DNA of 64,000 bases from an uncultured Solirubrobacteraceae bacterium (GCA_963831105.1 CAWHOS010000006.1:39107-103106), one strand, 5' to 3'; shown: positions 29,379 to 39,470, counted from the stretch's first letter. Numbers and translations: made by a program. Notes: generated from the sequence alone by a model not told the origin.

Positions 29379-30809
29379 TCAGTAGCCCGTGCCGGTCTTC
29401 ACGCGCTTGCGGTCGATCTCGTGCAGCCCGCCCTTCTGGTCGAGGGTCTCGCACGCGAGCGCGAGGTCGTCGGCGAGGGTGCCGGCGAGGGCGTGGCCGA
29501 GGGTGAGCTTGACGAGCGCGCGCATGATCGTCACGTGCTCGGCGTTGGGCGGCAGCGTGTACGCGGGCACCATCCAGCCGCGGGTCGCGGCGATCTGGGA
29601 GGCGACGTCGAACTCGTCGTAGGCCTGCTCCTCGGCGAGCTGGAAGGCGACGAGCGGGAGCTGCTCGGCATCGCCCCCGATGAGGCGGAAGCGACCGATC
29701 TCCTCGATCCGCCCGGCCAGCGTGCGGGCGTTGGCCTGCATCGTCTCCATGATGTAGCGGTAGCCCTCGTGCCCGAAGCGGACGAAGTTGTAGTACTGCG
29801 CGAGCACCATGGCCGAGCCGGTGGAGAAGTTCAGCGTGAAGGTCGCGTCGCGCTTGCCGAGGTAGTTCTCGTAGAACACGAGGTCCTCGGGCAGGTCCTC
29901 GCGCGATCGGAAGACGAGCCAGCCGATGCCGGGATACACGAGCCCGAACTTGTGGCCCGAGACGTTGATCGAGCGCACCTGCTCGAGACGGAAGTCCCAC
30001 GCGGACTCCGGGTACAGGAACGGCCAGACGAACCCGCCGCTGGCGGCGTCGACGTGCAATGGGACGTCAAGTCCGCGGTCGTGCTTGAGCGAGACGAGGA
30101 GGTCGTTGATGCCCCGGATGTCGTCGGCGTGACCCGTGAACGTCGTACCGAGCACCGCCGCGACGCCGATCGTGTTCTCGTCGACGTGGGGCGCCACGTC
30201 CTCGGGCCCGATCGTGTACTTGTCGGGCTGCAGCGGGATGATCCGCGGCTCGACGTCGAAGTAGCGGCAGAACTTCTCCCACACCACGTGGACGTCGCCG
30301 CCGAAGACGAGGTTCGGCCGCGCGGTGTCCGCTCCGGCGGCCTCGCGCCGTCCCCGCCACCTCCACTTCAGCGAGAGGGCGCCGAGCATGATGGCCTCGG
30401 AGGATCCCTGAGTCCGCGCGCCGGTCGTCTCGCCGGGTGCGTTGAACAGATCGGCGAGCATGCGGATGCAGCGCTGCTCGATCTCTGCGGTCTGCGGATA
30501 CTCCGCGTGGTCGATGAAGTTGCGATGCAGGTTCTCCGCGATCACCCGCTGGGCCTCGGGCTCCATCCACGTGGTCACGAAGGTCGCGAGGTTGCGCATC
30601 GGGATGCCGTCGAGCACCAGTTCCTCGTCGATCAGACGCATGGCGTCGACCGCGGGCATCCCGTGCTCCGGGAGCCGGTCGTCGGGCGCCACCTCCAGCA
30701 GGAAGCGGTTGCCGTACTGCGCCGCGAGAGCGTCGAGCCGCTCGATCACCGGAACGTCGGCGCCGCCGTTGGTCGCCCCCGCCGGGCTCGTGTGCTGGTG
30801 GACCGACAT
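29379..30809 (-). CDS. gad: glutamate decarboxylase (PLP-dependent)
   Basis: TFVTTWMEPEA, the SINVSGHKFGLVYPG PLy-Lys region and the C-terminal KTGTGY are typical of GadA/GadB. GGAGG lies upstream of ATG 30809. The track ORF extends artefactually to 31301. Confidence 0.85.
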   Translation of the reverse strand: MSVHQHTSPAGATNGGADVPVIERLDALAAQYGNRFLLEVAPDDRLPEHGMPAVDAMRLIDEELVLDGIPMRNLATFVTTWMEPEAQRVIAENLHRNFIDHAEYPQTAEIEQRCIRMLADLFNAPGETTGARTQGSSEAIMLGALSLKWRWRGRREAAGADTARPNLVFGGDVHVVWEKFCRYFDVEPRIIPLQPDKYTIGPEDVAPHVDENTIGVAAVLGTTFTGHADDIRGINDLLVSLKHDRGLDVPLHVDAASGGFVWPFLYPESAWDFRLEQVRSINVSGHKFGLVYPGIGWLVFRSREDLPEDLVFYENYLGKRDATFTLNFSTGSAMVLAQYYNFVRFGHEGYRYIMETMQANARTLAGRIEEIGRFRLIGGDAEQLPLVAFQLAEEQAYDEFDVASQIAATRGWMVPAYTLPPNAEHVTIMRALVKLTLGHALAGTLADDLALACETLDQKGGLHEIDRKRVKTGTGY

Positions 30810-30880
30810 CGAAAAGGACCTCCCGTCCGGGGCGAGTACTGCGCTGAGCGCGGGATCATCGAGGTCGCCTGCCCGAGCGG

Positions 30881-30900
30881 CATCATCCCAACCGGATGAC
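30881..30900. promoter_or_regulatory. GGATGA-box (CATCATCCCAACCGGATGAC)
   Basis: Inverted TCATCC / GGATGA arms, 72 nt upstream of the gad ATG. Confidence 0.35.
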
Positions 30901-30936
30901 GCGCGTCCGGCGGCCGCCGCGCACGCCGCCGCTCGA

Positions 30937-31662
30937 CTAGGCCGTGCCCGGCACCCGGCTCGGAGTGCTCGCGCCGAGATTCGTCGCGGCTCCGTCGGGC
31001 TCGGCCTGATCCGTGCGGTACGTCGAGACCGCGCAGGCCAGGAAGCACGCCGCGCCGAGGCAGGTGCTCCAGTTTGCGGCGGCGAGGTCGAGCTCAGAGC
31101 CGGAAGCCGGGACCACGTATCCCGCCACGGCGGAGATCCCGAAGAGGATGCATCCGAGCAGATTGACCGCCGGCTGCCACCAGCCGGGGCCGCCGCGCAG
31201 GGGCATCCAGCCCCGTCGCGGCGCGGCGCGGTAGGCGATGTACCCGGACACGAGGAAGCAGATCGACCCGAACGCGTCCGGACGCCATACGAGCCGGTCA
31301 TAGTCCGCGTTCGACAACGCGGTGTCCATCGCCTGGAACGTCGTCACGTTGAAGAAGAGCGTTCCCGCCGTCTGGATGATCGCCGCCCACCACGCCGAGC
31401 GGCCGCCGCCCCGCTGCCGGCGCGCCCGGAAGCTCAGCGACGTCTGCACCAGGCCGCCGGCGGTGAAGAAGATCGAGCCGACGAAGAAAGTGACGCCGTC
31501 CGCCCCGGCGCCGACGAGTTCGGCGTAGCCCGGGAACGGCCCGATCACGAAGCATGCTGACCCCGCGCCGAACAGCAGCGCCATCAGCCGCTCGCGGCTC
31601 ATCCGTGCGGGGACGATCTGTCGCATCCCATGTGCGTAGCGTCGCTCCGGCGCGGGCGGCAT
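30937..31662 (-). CDS. integral membrane protein, YrhK-like (tentative)
   Basis: 241 aa, about 6 TM, with repeated FF..G and GY motifs. Immediately upstream of gad on the same strand. Confidence 0.55.
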   Translation of the reverse strand: MPPAPERRYAHGMRQIVPARMSRERLMALLFGAGSACFVIGPFPGYAELVGAGADGVTFFVGSIFFTAGGLVQTSLSFRARRQRGGGRSAWWAAIIQTAGTLFFNVTTFQAMDTALSNADYDRLVWRPDAFGSICFLVSGYIAYRAAPRRGWMPLRGGPGWWQPAVNLLGCILFGISAVAGYVVPASGSELDLAAANWSTCLGAACFLACAVSTYRTDQAEPDGAATNLGASTPSRVPGTA

Positions 31663-31813
31663 CCAACGGCGCGCGCCTGCCTTGGCCGGTCAGGCGCGCA
31701 CCCCGAGCGGACACCGGTGCGCCCCCTCGCCCCGGACGCGCGAAGCCGCGCACGGATCCCACGACCGCCTCCGGGGGCCTCCGTGTCGGCGGTCTGAGGC
31801 GCTGAGACGAGCG

Positions 31814-34800
31814 TCAGCGGTCGCGGCGCTCGCGCTCGACGGCGCGTGCCAGCTCGACCCGCGAGGACACGCCGAACTTGTGGAAGATGTTGCGCAGGTG
31901 CGTCTCCACGGTCTTCTGGCTGAGGAACAGCTCGGCCGCGATCTGCGGGTTGGTGTTGCGGTCGACCACGAGCGCGGTGACCTGAAGCTCGCGCGCGGTG
32001 AGCGCCGCAAGTCCCTCGCCGCCGGCGGTGCCCCGCCGGGTAGGGCGATGGACACGCTTGCCGAGACGGCGCAACTCCTGCTCGGCGGCATCTCGGTGCG
32101 GAAGAGCGCCGCAGGCCCCGAAGGTGGCCGCCGCGCGCTGGATCTCGGCCACGGCGAGGTCCGTCTCGCCGGCCGCCGCGAAGGCCCGTCCGGCGAGCAT
32201 CCGCGACAGCGCGGCCTCGATCACGGCGCCGACCTCCTCGGCGGCCGCCGCGGACGCCAACGCCCGTTCGGCGGCCGTGCGGTGCTCGCCGGTCTGCATG
32301 GCGACCACCGCGGCGGCATGTTGGGCCCAGGCGATCGCTATGGGAAGGCCGAGCGCGGCAGCATGCGCTTCAGCGCTCGCCGCCGTTCGTGCGGCCTCGT
32401 CACTGCGGCCGAGCTCTGCGAAGGCGCTCGCCAAGGCGTCGAGTCCCATCGCCCGCCAGGCCCCGGGAATCGCCATCAGCATCGCTTCGTCTCCCGCGAG
32501 GACGTCGATCGCGCGTTGGCTCTGCCCGGCCATCACGGACGCCCGCGCGACCGCCATGGCCGCCCAGGACGTCAGGACGCTCTGGTCGAGCCGCCTCGTG
32601 AGCTCGTGCGCCTCTTCCGCCATGTCGAGGGCGGCGTCGAGGTCGCCGGCCACGACCGACAGCAGTGCGCGGTTGCGAAGCGTCCACGCCATGCTCTGGG
32701 TGATCCCGCTCAGCCGGCCGGCCTCGATGCCGTCGTCGAGCACCTTGGCCGCCTCGTCGAGCCGGCCGCGCATGAAGTGCGCCGCCCCCAGCGCGGGGAG
32801 CAGCGTCGGGTGCAGACGGCCTGCGGCGCGGCCCAGCCTGAGCGCCCGTTCAGCGTGCGCGACGGCTTCGTCGTAGCGGTCCAGGTAGGTGGCCGCCGAG
32901 GCGAGGTAAGCGGCGGCGTCGACGCGGGCGCCGAGCTCTGCGTCGGACATCGCCTCGACGAGGGCCGACGCCTCGGCGTAGGCGGACTGCGCCTCGGCGA
33001 TGCTCCCGGCGACGGCGTGACCGAGCGCGAGTATGGCGGCGGCCGCGGCGACGAGCGGCCGCTCGCCCAGCTCGCGGGCCGCGCGGAGCGAGCGCGACCC
33101 CCAGTCGCAGACCGACTCGGGGTCCGCGCGGAAGAGCCCGTCGATCGCGAGCTCGATCATCAGCGCGATCGCATCGGGAGCCGCCGGGTCGGGAAGCTGA
33201 TCCAGACCTGCGGTGAGACGCCTGTGCGCTTCTTCGTGGCGGCCGAGCAGGCGTTCGACGCCGGCGCACGTCGTGGCCAGCTGCACGCGGAGGCCGACCG
33301 CGTCGGCCGGGGCGAGCCGGATGCTCTCGAGCAGGTCGGCGTGGCTCTCGGCGAGGCGGCCCTCGGCGGCGACCGCACGTGCCCGCGCCAGCAGGAGCTC
33401 GACTCGCTGACCGCCGTGCGCTTCGGGGAGGAGTCGCAGTGCCGCGCTGAACCATCGGGCGGCGCTGGCGGGCGCGCGAAGGGTTGCCGCCGCCCCGGCC
33501 TCGGTGAGCACGGCCACCGCCGCCAGGTCTCCGTGACGCGCCGCGAACTCGACGTGATGCGCCCGCGCCAGCGCCGTCTCGCCTCGCGCGGCGAGGACCT
33601 GCGCGCACCGTTCGTGAGCTCCCAGCAGCCAGCCGCCGGGCGCGCTCACGTATACCGCCCGGCGCACGAGCGGATGGCGGAAGCGGAAGCGCCGCGGGAC
33701 ATCGGTCACGCGCGCAAGGCCGAGCTCGAGCAGCACGTCGAGCGCCTCCATGGCCGTGACGTCGTCCACGTCGGCCGCGGCGGCGGCGAGGTCGGACTCG
33801 AACGGGTCGCCGGCGACGGCCGCGCCACGCAGCACCCGGCGGGTGTCGGCGGACAGCAACCCGAGCTCCTCATTGATCGATGCGATCACCGCGACCGGCA
33901 CGCCGATGGCCTCGAGATCCCCCCGGCCGGGCACCGACCGCGCAGGTGCGCTCTGTGATCGGGCGAGCTGCTGGAGATAGAACGGGTTGCCACCCGCCTC
34001 CTCGTAGAGCACGTCGGCCCGCTCGCGTCCTACGTCGTCGCCGAGGAGGGCGCCCGCCGCGTCGCGGGCGAGACCGCCCAGCTGCAGCTGGGTGAGCCCT
34101 CCAAGGCGGTCGGTCCGCTCGAGCGCCGTGACGAGGCGCTCCGGCCGCTGGCGCGGGCGGCTGGCGATCACGACCAGGACCGCGGCGTCGGGTGGACTGC
34201 GCAGGAGCGCGGACAGCAGCTCCACCGAGGCGGCGTCCGCCCAATGGACGTCGTCGAGCATCAGCACGAGTGGCCTGCCCACCGCCAGCCGCTCCAGCAG
34301 CTCGCGTATCGCGCGGTGGGCGCGATACCGCTCGTCCTGCACCATCGGAGCGTCGCCGGTTGCGAACTCCGACAAGGACGGCATCACGTACGCGATCTCG
34401 CTGCGAACCTCCTCGGGGAGCGATCCCACCACCTGTGGGTCCAGACCGGCGACGTACTCGTCGAGCGCGTCGACGAAGACCCAGAAGGGCAGGTCACGCT
34501 CCAGCTCGGACGCACTGCCGCCGAGCACGATGCACCCGCGTGCGTCGGCGCGCTTGGCAAGCTCGGCCAGCAGCCTGGTCTTGCCGATCCCCGGCTCGCC
34601 CTGGACGGCGAGCGGAGTCGACCTGCCCTCGCACAGCTCGCTGATGGCGCGATCGATCGCCTCCAATTCGGCGGCGCGCCCGACGACATGGTCGAAGACT
34701 TCGGTCACGGGGAGAGAACTGCGCGCCGAGCATAACCCCGCCGCGGGATCAGGGTGCGAGATCGGGGTGCCCGCCCGATGCCGGGGCGCGGGCCCGGCGT

Positions 34801-34837
34801 CAGTCTCGTCCCATGCCCCGATCCGAAGAGACTCCAT
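31814..34837 (-). CDS. LAL-type (large ATP-binding LuxR family) regulator
   Basis: Walker A GEPGIGKTRLL, Walker B LVLMLDDVHWAD, about 550 aa of TPR-like repeats, and a C-terminal LuxR HTH (LTARELQVTALV...TVETHLRNIFHKF). The likely start is GTG 34708, because the ORF maximum overlaps the divergent MFS gene. Confidence 0.8.
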   Translation of the reverse strand: MESLRIGAWDETDAGPAPRHRAGTPISHPDPAAGLCSARSSLPVTEVFDHVVGRAAELEAIDRAISELCEGRSTPLAVQGEPGIGKTRLLAELAKRADARGCIVLGGSASELERDLPFWVFVDALDEYVAGLDPQVVGSLPEEVRSEIAYVMPSLSEFATGDAPMVQDERYRAHRAIRELLERLAVGRPLVLMLDDVHWADAASVELLSALLRSPPDAAVLVVIASRPRQRPERLVTALERTDRLGGLTQLQLGGLARDAAGALLGDDVGRERADVLYEEAGGNPFYLQQLARSQSAPARSVPGRGDLEAIGVPVAVIASINEELGLLSADTRRVLRGAAVAGDPFESDLAAAAADVDDVTAMEALDVLLELGLARVTDVPRRFRFRHPLVRRAVYVSAPGGWLLGAHERCAQVLAARGETALARAHHVEFAARHGDLAAVAVLTEAGAAATLRAPASAARWFSAALRLLPEAHGGQRVELLLARARAVAAEGRLAESHADLLESIRLAPADAVGLRVQLATTCAGVERLLGRHEEAHRRLTAGLDQLPDPAAPDAIALMIELAIDGLFRADPESVCDWGSRSLRAARELGERPLVAAAAAILALGHAVAGSIAEAQSAYAEASALVEAMSDAELGARVDAAAYLASAATYLDRYDEAVAHAERALRLGRAAGRLHPTLLPALGAAHFMRGRLDEAAKVLDDGIEAGRLSGITQSMAWTLRNRALLSVVAGDLDAALDMAEEAHELTRRLDQSVLTSWAAMAVARASVMAGQSQRAIDVLAGDEAMLMAIPGAWRAMGLDALASAFAELGRSDEAARTAASAEAHAAALGLPIAIAWAQHAAAVVAMQTGEHRTAAERALASAAAAEEVGAVIEAALSRMLAGRAFAAAGETDLAVAEIQRAAATFGACGALPHRDAAEQELRRLGKRVHRPTRRGTAGGEGLAALTARELQVTALVVDRNTNPQIAAELFLSQKTVETHLRNIFHKFGVSSRVELARAVERERRDR

Positions 34838-36372
34838 ATCCCCGCCGGCGACAGGCGCTGGGCGTCTTGGCGCTGAGCCTGCTCGTCATCACGATGGGCA
34901 ACACGATCCTCAACGTCGGCCTGCCGACGATCCGCGAAGAGCTCGACGCCAGTTCGAGTCAGCTGCAATGGATCGTCGACGGTTACCTGCTCGTGTTCGC
35001 CGGCCTGCTGCTCGCGGCCGGCAGCCTCGGAGATCGATTCGGGCGCAAGCGCGCGCTCATGGCCGGGCTGGCGGTGTTCGGGCTCGGGTCCTCGCTCGCG
35101 GCCGTCTCGAGCGACGCCACGATGCTGATCGCGTCACGCGCCCTGATGGGGCTCGGCGCGGCCGGGATCATGCCCACGACGCTCTCGATCCTGACCAACA
35201 TCTTCCCTTCGAACGAGCGCCCGAAGGCGATCGCCGCTTGGGCCGCCGTGGCGGGGCTCGGCATCGCGCTCGGCCCGATCTCCGGCGGGTTCCTGATCGA
35301 GCACTTCGCCTGGAGCAGCATCTTCCTGGTCAACCTGCCCGTCGTGGTCGCATGCCTGATCGGCGCCGCCGCGCTCGTGCCCGACTCCCGTGACCCCGAA
35401 TCACCCAAGATCGACCTGCCCGGCACCGGACTGTCGATCGCCGGCCTGAGCGCCGTCGTGTGGGCCCTCATCGAGGCGCCCGAGCTCGGCTGGGGCAGCC
35501 CGACGATCCTGGCCACCTTCGCGGCCGGCGCAGCGATCATCGGCGCGTTCATCGCCTGGGAGCGCCACACCGATCACCCGATGCTCGACGTGAGCGTGTT
35601 CCGCAACCTGCGCTTCAGCGCGGCCAGCGTCTCGATCGCGTTCGTGTTCTTCGCGCTGATGGGGGTCATGTACTGCCTGACCACCTACCTGCAGTCGGTC
35701 CTCGGCAACAGCGCGCTGCAGGCCGGCGTCAAGATGCTGCCCATCGCGATCGGCATGATCCTGGCCTCCAAGCTCGGGGTCGGCATCACACGCAGGCTCG
35801 GCACGAAATTCTCGGTGGCGTCCGGCCTGACCCTCGTCGCAGGAGCGCTGGCGATGATCGCGATGTTCTCCACGGACACCGGCAGCCTCCAGATCGCCGC
35901 AGCGCTCGGAACCCTCGGCCTGGGCATGGGCTTCGCGATGTCACCGGCGACCGAGGCCATCATGGGCTCCCTGCCTCGCGAGAAGGCGGGTATCGGCTCG
36001 GCGATGAACGACGTCGTCCGCGAGCTCGGCGGCACGCTCGGCGTCGCCGTGCTCGGCAGCATCCTGGCCTCGAGCTATGGCTCGAGCATGGACGACGCCA
36101 CCGCCGGGCTGCCGCACCCGGCAGCCGAGGCGGCCGGCGACAGCGTCGGCGCGGCCCACGAGGTCGGCGGACAGCTCGCCGGCGGATCCGGCGCCAAGCT
36201 GATCGAGACCGCCAACGGCGCGTTCGTCGACGCCCTGACCACGACCGCGACCCTCGGTGCCGCCGCCGCCGTGATCGGCGCATTGATCGCGCTCGCATTC
36301 CTGCCCTCGCGCGCCCGCGCCGCGCGTTCCGCACCGCTGAGCCCCGCGCTGCTCGAGCCGGCGACCGCCTGA
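34813..36372 (+). CDS. MFS transporter, DHA2 family
   Basis: 519 aa, 14-TM profile, motif A GSLGDRFGRKRAL. Confidence 0.8.
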   Translation: MPRSEETPYPRRRQALGVLALSLLVITMGNTILNVGLPTIREELDASSSQLQWIVDGYLLVFAGLLLAAGSLGDRFGRKRALMAGLAVFGLGSSLAAVSSDATMLIASRALMGLGAAGIMPTTLSILTNIFPSNERPKAIAAWAAVAGLGIALGPISGGFLIEHFAWSSIFLVNLPVVVACLIGAAALVPDSRDPESPKIDLPGTGLSIAGLSAVVWALIEAPELGWGSPTILATFAAGAAIIGAFIAWERHTDHPMLDVSVFRNLRFSAASVSIAFVFFALMGVMYCLTTYLQSVLGNSALQAGVKMLPIAIGMILASKLGVGITRRLGTKFSVASGLTLVAGALAMIAMFSTDTGSLQIAAALGTLGLGMGFAMSPATEAIMGSLPREKAGIGSAMNDVVRELGGTLGVAVLGSILASSYGSSMDDATAGLPHPAAEAAGDSVGAAHEVGGQLAGGSGAKLIETANGAFVDALTTTATLGAAAAVIGALIALAFLPSRARAARSAPLSPALLEPATA

Positions 36373-36381
36373 GCAGGCGAC

Positions 36382-36417
36382 GACGCGCCTGGCGAAGTGG
36401 GCTGCGTCAGGCGCGTC
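36382..36417 (+). terminator. stem-loop after the MFS gene (10-bp perfect stem)
   Basis: GACGCGCCTG ... CAGGCGCGTC with a 16-nt loop, 10 nt after the stop codon. No U tract. Confidence 0.45.
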
Positions 36418-36505
36418 AACCGAGCAGAGGGCGCAAAGGGGAAAAACCGAACGCGTCCGGCCGTGGTTGCGGACTCTGGGTCGACGTTGCCTCGACGACT
36501 GCCTA

Positions 36506-36526
36506 GCGGTCGCGGACGGCGACCGC
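36506..36526 (-). terminator. stem-loop after the 36535..37002 gene
   Basis: GCGGTCGC-GGACG-GCGACCGC, 8-bp perfect stem, 9 nt beyond the stop codon. Confidence 0.4.
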
Positions 36527-36534
36527 GGCACGAC

Positions 36535-37002
36535 TCATGAGGGCACGCTCGTGGCGCACGTCGTGATCGACGGCTTCGGTGTGCGCCGCACGGCGCCGAC
36601 CATGGCGGCGCTCACGACGAGGATCGACACGACGCCGACCCACTGGAGGGCGTCGCCCGTGCCTTCGCCCCAGTACGGCTTGGACGGTCCGACCTCCGCG
36701 GGAACGAGGTGGAAGAACGTGAACGCGGTGATCTCGATCCAGGCGACGACCGCTGCGACCCGGGCGGCGGATCGGTGCTTGAACGCCAGCAGGGCGCCGG
36801 CGATCAGGACGGCGACGAGGCTTGCGAGGTGCTGGGGCTTGGCGAACGTCTCGAGGACCCCTGCGGACGAGTCGATGCGCAGGTCGTCGAAGACGGCGAG
36901 GTTGAGGATCAGGAGCGCCAGGAGGGCCCCGGTCAGGCCGAGCAACAGCTTGGGGGGAGACCCGGAGGCCTTGTCGGTGTGCGCGGTTCTCTGAGTGGTC
37001 AT
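36535..37002 (-). CDS. hypothetical membrane protein (about 4 TM)
   Basis: 155-aa hydrophobic ORF, divergent from a TetR gene, with a palindrome in the 45-bp spacer. Confidence 0.55.
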   Translation of the reverse strand: MTTQRTAHTDKASGSPPKLLLGLTGALLALLILNLAVFDDLRIDSSAGVLETFAKPQHLASLVAVLIAGALLAFKHRSAARVAAVVAWIEITAFTFFHLVPAEVGPSKPYWGEGTGDALQWVGVVSILVVSAAMVGAVRRTPKPSITTCATSVPS

Positions 37003-37011
37003 GACCGGAAC

Positions 37012-37024
37012 ATAACTTAGTTAT
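37012..37024. promoter_or_regulatory. candidate TetR operator ATAACTTAGTTAT
   Basis: Perfect 13-bp AT-rich palindrome in otherwise GC-rich DNA, centred in the 45-bp divergent spacer. Confidence 0.5.
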
Positions 37025-37047
37025 GGCCGCCCGTCAAGTCGGCTACG

Positions 37048-37647
37048 ATGCGGCACGTGCCCAGCCCGGCAACCACGCGCGAGACCCTTCTCGAAGCCGC
37101 CCTGCGGCTGCTGGAGGAGCGCGGTCCCGGGGCGCTGCGCATCCGCGACCTGTCAGATGCCGTCGGCAAGTCGACGATGGGCGTCTACACGCACTTCGGG
37201 TCGAAGCAGGGGCTGCTCGAACAGCTCTACCTGCACGGCTTCAGCCGCCTCGAAGCCGGGCTCGAGACCGTTCCTTCCGCTGGGGACGGGAGGCAGGAGC
37301 TCCTGGCGTTCGCCATGGCTTACCGCGAGTTCGCGCTCGACAACGAAGCGCTCTACGGCCTGATGTTCGAGCGCGGCACGCCGGACTTCATCCCCTCCGA
37401 CGACAGCCGGATGGCAGGACTCACGACCTTCGAGATGCTCGCGAAGCGCATCGCCGACTGGCAGCCCGGCCTCGCCGACCCCGCACCCACCGCACACCTC
37501 GTCTGGGCGACGATGCACGGCCTGGTCAGCATCGAACTCACGCACCGGCGCTGGGGCGGCCCCCTCGTCGCCCATCTGCAAGGCGATCCGGCGCAGAGCT
37601 ACGCGACGGCCGTCGATTCGCTGCTCGCCGGGCTCGACGAGGGGTAG
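37048..37647 (+). CDS. TetR-family transcriptional regulator
   Basis: N-terminal HTH (TRETLLEAALRLLEERGPGALRIRDLSDAVGKSTMGVYTHF). 199 aa. Confidence 0.8.
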   Translation: MRHVPSPATTRETLLEAALRLLEERGPGALRIRDLSDAVGKSTMGVYTHFGSKQGLLEQLYLHGFSRLEAGLETVPSAGDGRQELLAFAMAYREFALDNEALYGLMFERGTPDFIPSDDSRMAGLTTFEMLAKRIADWQPGLADPAPTAHLVWATMHGLVSIELTHRRWGGPLVAHLQGDPAQSYATAVDSLLAGLDEG

Positions 37648-37670
37648 TCGACCTGGAGGACGGGCGGGGC

Positions 37671-39470
37671 TCAGCGGCCCAGCCCGTGCCGCTGCGCCGC
37701 GACGCGGACGGGTGAGTTGACGGCCCCATAGCCGTCGTAGCCGCCGCGTCGCTCGACGACCTCGAAGAACAGGCCGGGCCCGATCAGCGCGGTGTAGAAG
37801 TGCAACAGCTCGGCGTCGCCGGTGGCGTCGTAGAGGATCGCGAGCTCCTGCATGCGCGCGATCTCGTCCGGTGACAGGCTCGTGCGGGCGGCCAGGTCGT
37901 CGTAATAGTTGGCCGGGATGGGCAGTATCGGCACGCCGCGGTCGCGCATCGCTCGCGCAGCGGCGAACACGTCCTCGCTGGCCAAGGCGAGATGCTGGAG
38001 CTCCGAGCCGTCGCTGCCGCTCACGAGCGGCACGCTGAGGGCGAACCGAACACTCTCGGTGGCGTCACGTGCGGCGCGGCTGCGTACGAGGCCGTCGGGC
38101 GTGGCGAGCTCGTCGGCGCCGTGCAGCTCGAGCCCGAGCACCGACCGGTAGAAGAGCGCGGCCTCGTCGAAGGAGTCGAAGGGCTGCGAGAGCGCGACGT
38201 GGTCGATGCCGGCCACCTCCGCCGGGTCGGCGGGCCCCGGCGGTCCGGCGGTGAGGAAGTCGGACAGCCACCCGCCGGTGTCGCCCCTATCGGTGCGGCA
38301 GAAGAAGACCGACGTCCCGTCCGGCGCCGCGACCGCCGAGAGGTCGGCCTCGCCGGGGCCCCGATCTCGCGGCAGCAGCGGCGCGAGCAGCCGTTCCGCT
38401 CGCTCGGCCGCCCGCAGCGGCTCCGCGCTCTCGACCCCGATCGCGGCGATCCGCGGGTGCTGCCCCGGCCCGTGCTGGTGGTTGACGAGGACGTGCGTCG
38501 CCCCGTGGCGCCAGAGCTGGACGGGCTTGCTGCGGTGCTGGCCGGCGTGCCGGAAGCCCATTGCGACGAGGAGCCTCTCGACGCCGGCCGCCGCCGAGGG
38601 CGCGACGGCGAGCTCGACGAACGCGTAGCCGCGCAGCTCGGAGGCGGCCGGGAGTGCGCACGTGCCCGCTGCCTCCTCGAGGATGATCAGCGAGCGCATG
38701 GCGTCGACGGCCGTCCGGTCCGGGTCCGCCTGGCGGAAGACGTCGTTGAAGACCTCCAGCGAGAGCGGCCCGGCGTAGCCCGTCGCGAGCACGTGCTGGA
38801 GGAAGCCCGCGAGGTCGAATCCTCCCTGGCCGGGGAAGCAGCGGTAGTGCCGGCTCCACTGCAGCACGTCCATGACGAGATACGGCGCATCCGCGAGCTG
38901 CAGGTAGAAGATCTTGTCGCCGGGGATGTCACGGATGCCGCTCGGATCGGCGCCACGCGAGAGGATGTGGAACGAGTCGAGGCAGGTGCCGAGGTCGGGG
39001 TGGTCGGCGGCCTCGACGATCCTCCAGGCGTGGTCGTAGTCGCGGACGTGCCGGCCCCAGGCGAGCGCCTCGTAAGCGATCCGCACGCCGTGCTCCGCGG
39101 CGCGCTCGGCCAGGCCTCGCAGCTGGGCCGCTGCGAGGGCGTCATCGTCGATCGCCGCTTCGGAGACGTTCGAGCACACCAGCATCGTCTCGACGCCGAG
39201 CCGCTCCATGACGGCGAACTTGCGCTCGGCGCGGCGCAGGTTCTCGTGCAGCACCGGCTCGGGCACGGCTTCGAAGTCGCGGAACGGCTGATAGAGGCCG
39301 ATGCCGAGCCCGAGCTCGTGCGCGAGATCGCGAACGTCCTCGGGCGCGAGCGCCGACGCGATCAGGTCTGGCTCGAAGAGCTCCACCTCGTCGAAGCCGG
39401 CGGATGCCGCGGCGTGGAGCTTGTCCTCCAGTGTTCCGCTGAGGCAGACCGTCGCGATCGATCTGCGCAT
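37671..39470 (-). CDS. qsuB: 3-dehydroshikimate dehydratase, QsuB-like (TIM-barrel isomerase domain fused to an HPPD/VOC-like domain)
   Basis: MRRSIATVCLSGTLEDKL N terminus, the xylose-isomerase-like barrel motifs, then a two-module VOC domain. Adjacent to a quinate/shikimate dehydrogenase gene. Confidence 0.7.
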   Translation of the reverse strand: MRRSIATVCLSGTLEDKLHAAASAGFDEVELFEPDLIASALAPEDVRDLAHELGLGIGLYQPFRDFEAVPEPVLHENLRRAERKFAVMERLGVETMLVCSNVSEAAIDDDALAAAQLRGLAERAAEHGVRIAYEALAWGRHVRDYDHAWRIVEAADHPDLGTCLDSFHILSRGADPSGIRDIPGDKIFYLQLADAPYLVMDVLQWSRHYRCFPGQGGFDLAGFLQHVLATGYAGPLSLEVFNDVFRQADPDRTAVDAMRSLIILEEAAGTCALPAASELRGYAFVELAVAPSAAAGVERLLVAMGFRHAGQHRSKPVQLWRHGATHVLVNHQHGPGQHPRIAAIGVESAEPLRAAERAERLLAPLLPRDRGPGEADLSAVAAPDGTSVFFCRTDRGDTGGWLSDFLTAGPPGPADPAEVAGIDHVALSQPFDSFDEAALFYRSVLGLELHGADELATPDGLVRSRAARDATESVRFALSVPLVSGSDGSELQHLALASEDVFAAARAMRDRGVPILPIPANYYDDLAARTSLSPDEIARMQELAILYDATGDAELLHFYTALIGPGLFFEVVERRGGYDGYGAVNSPVRVAAQRHGLGR

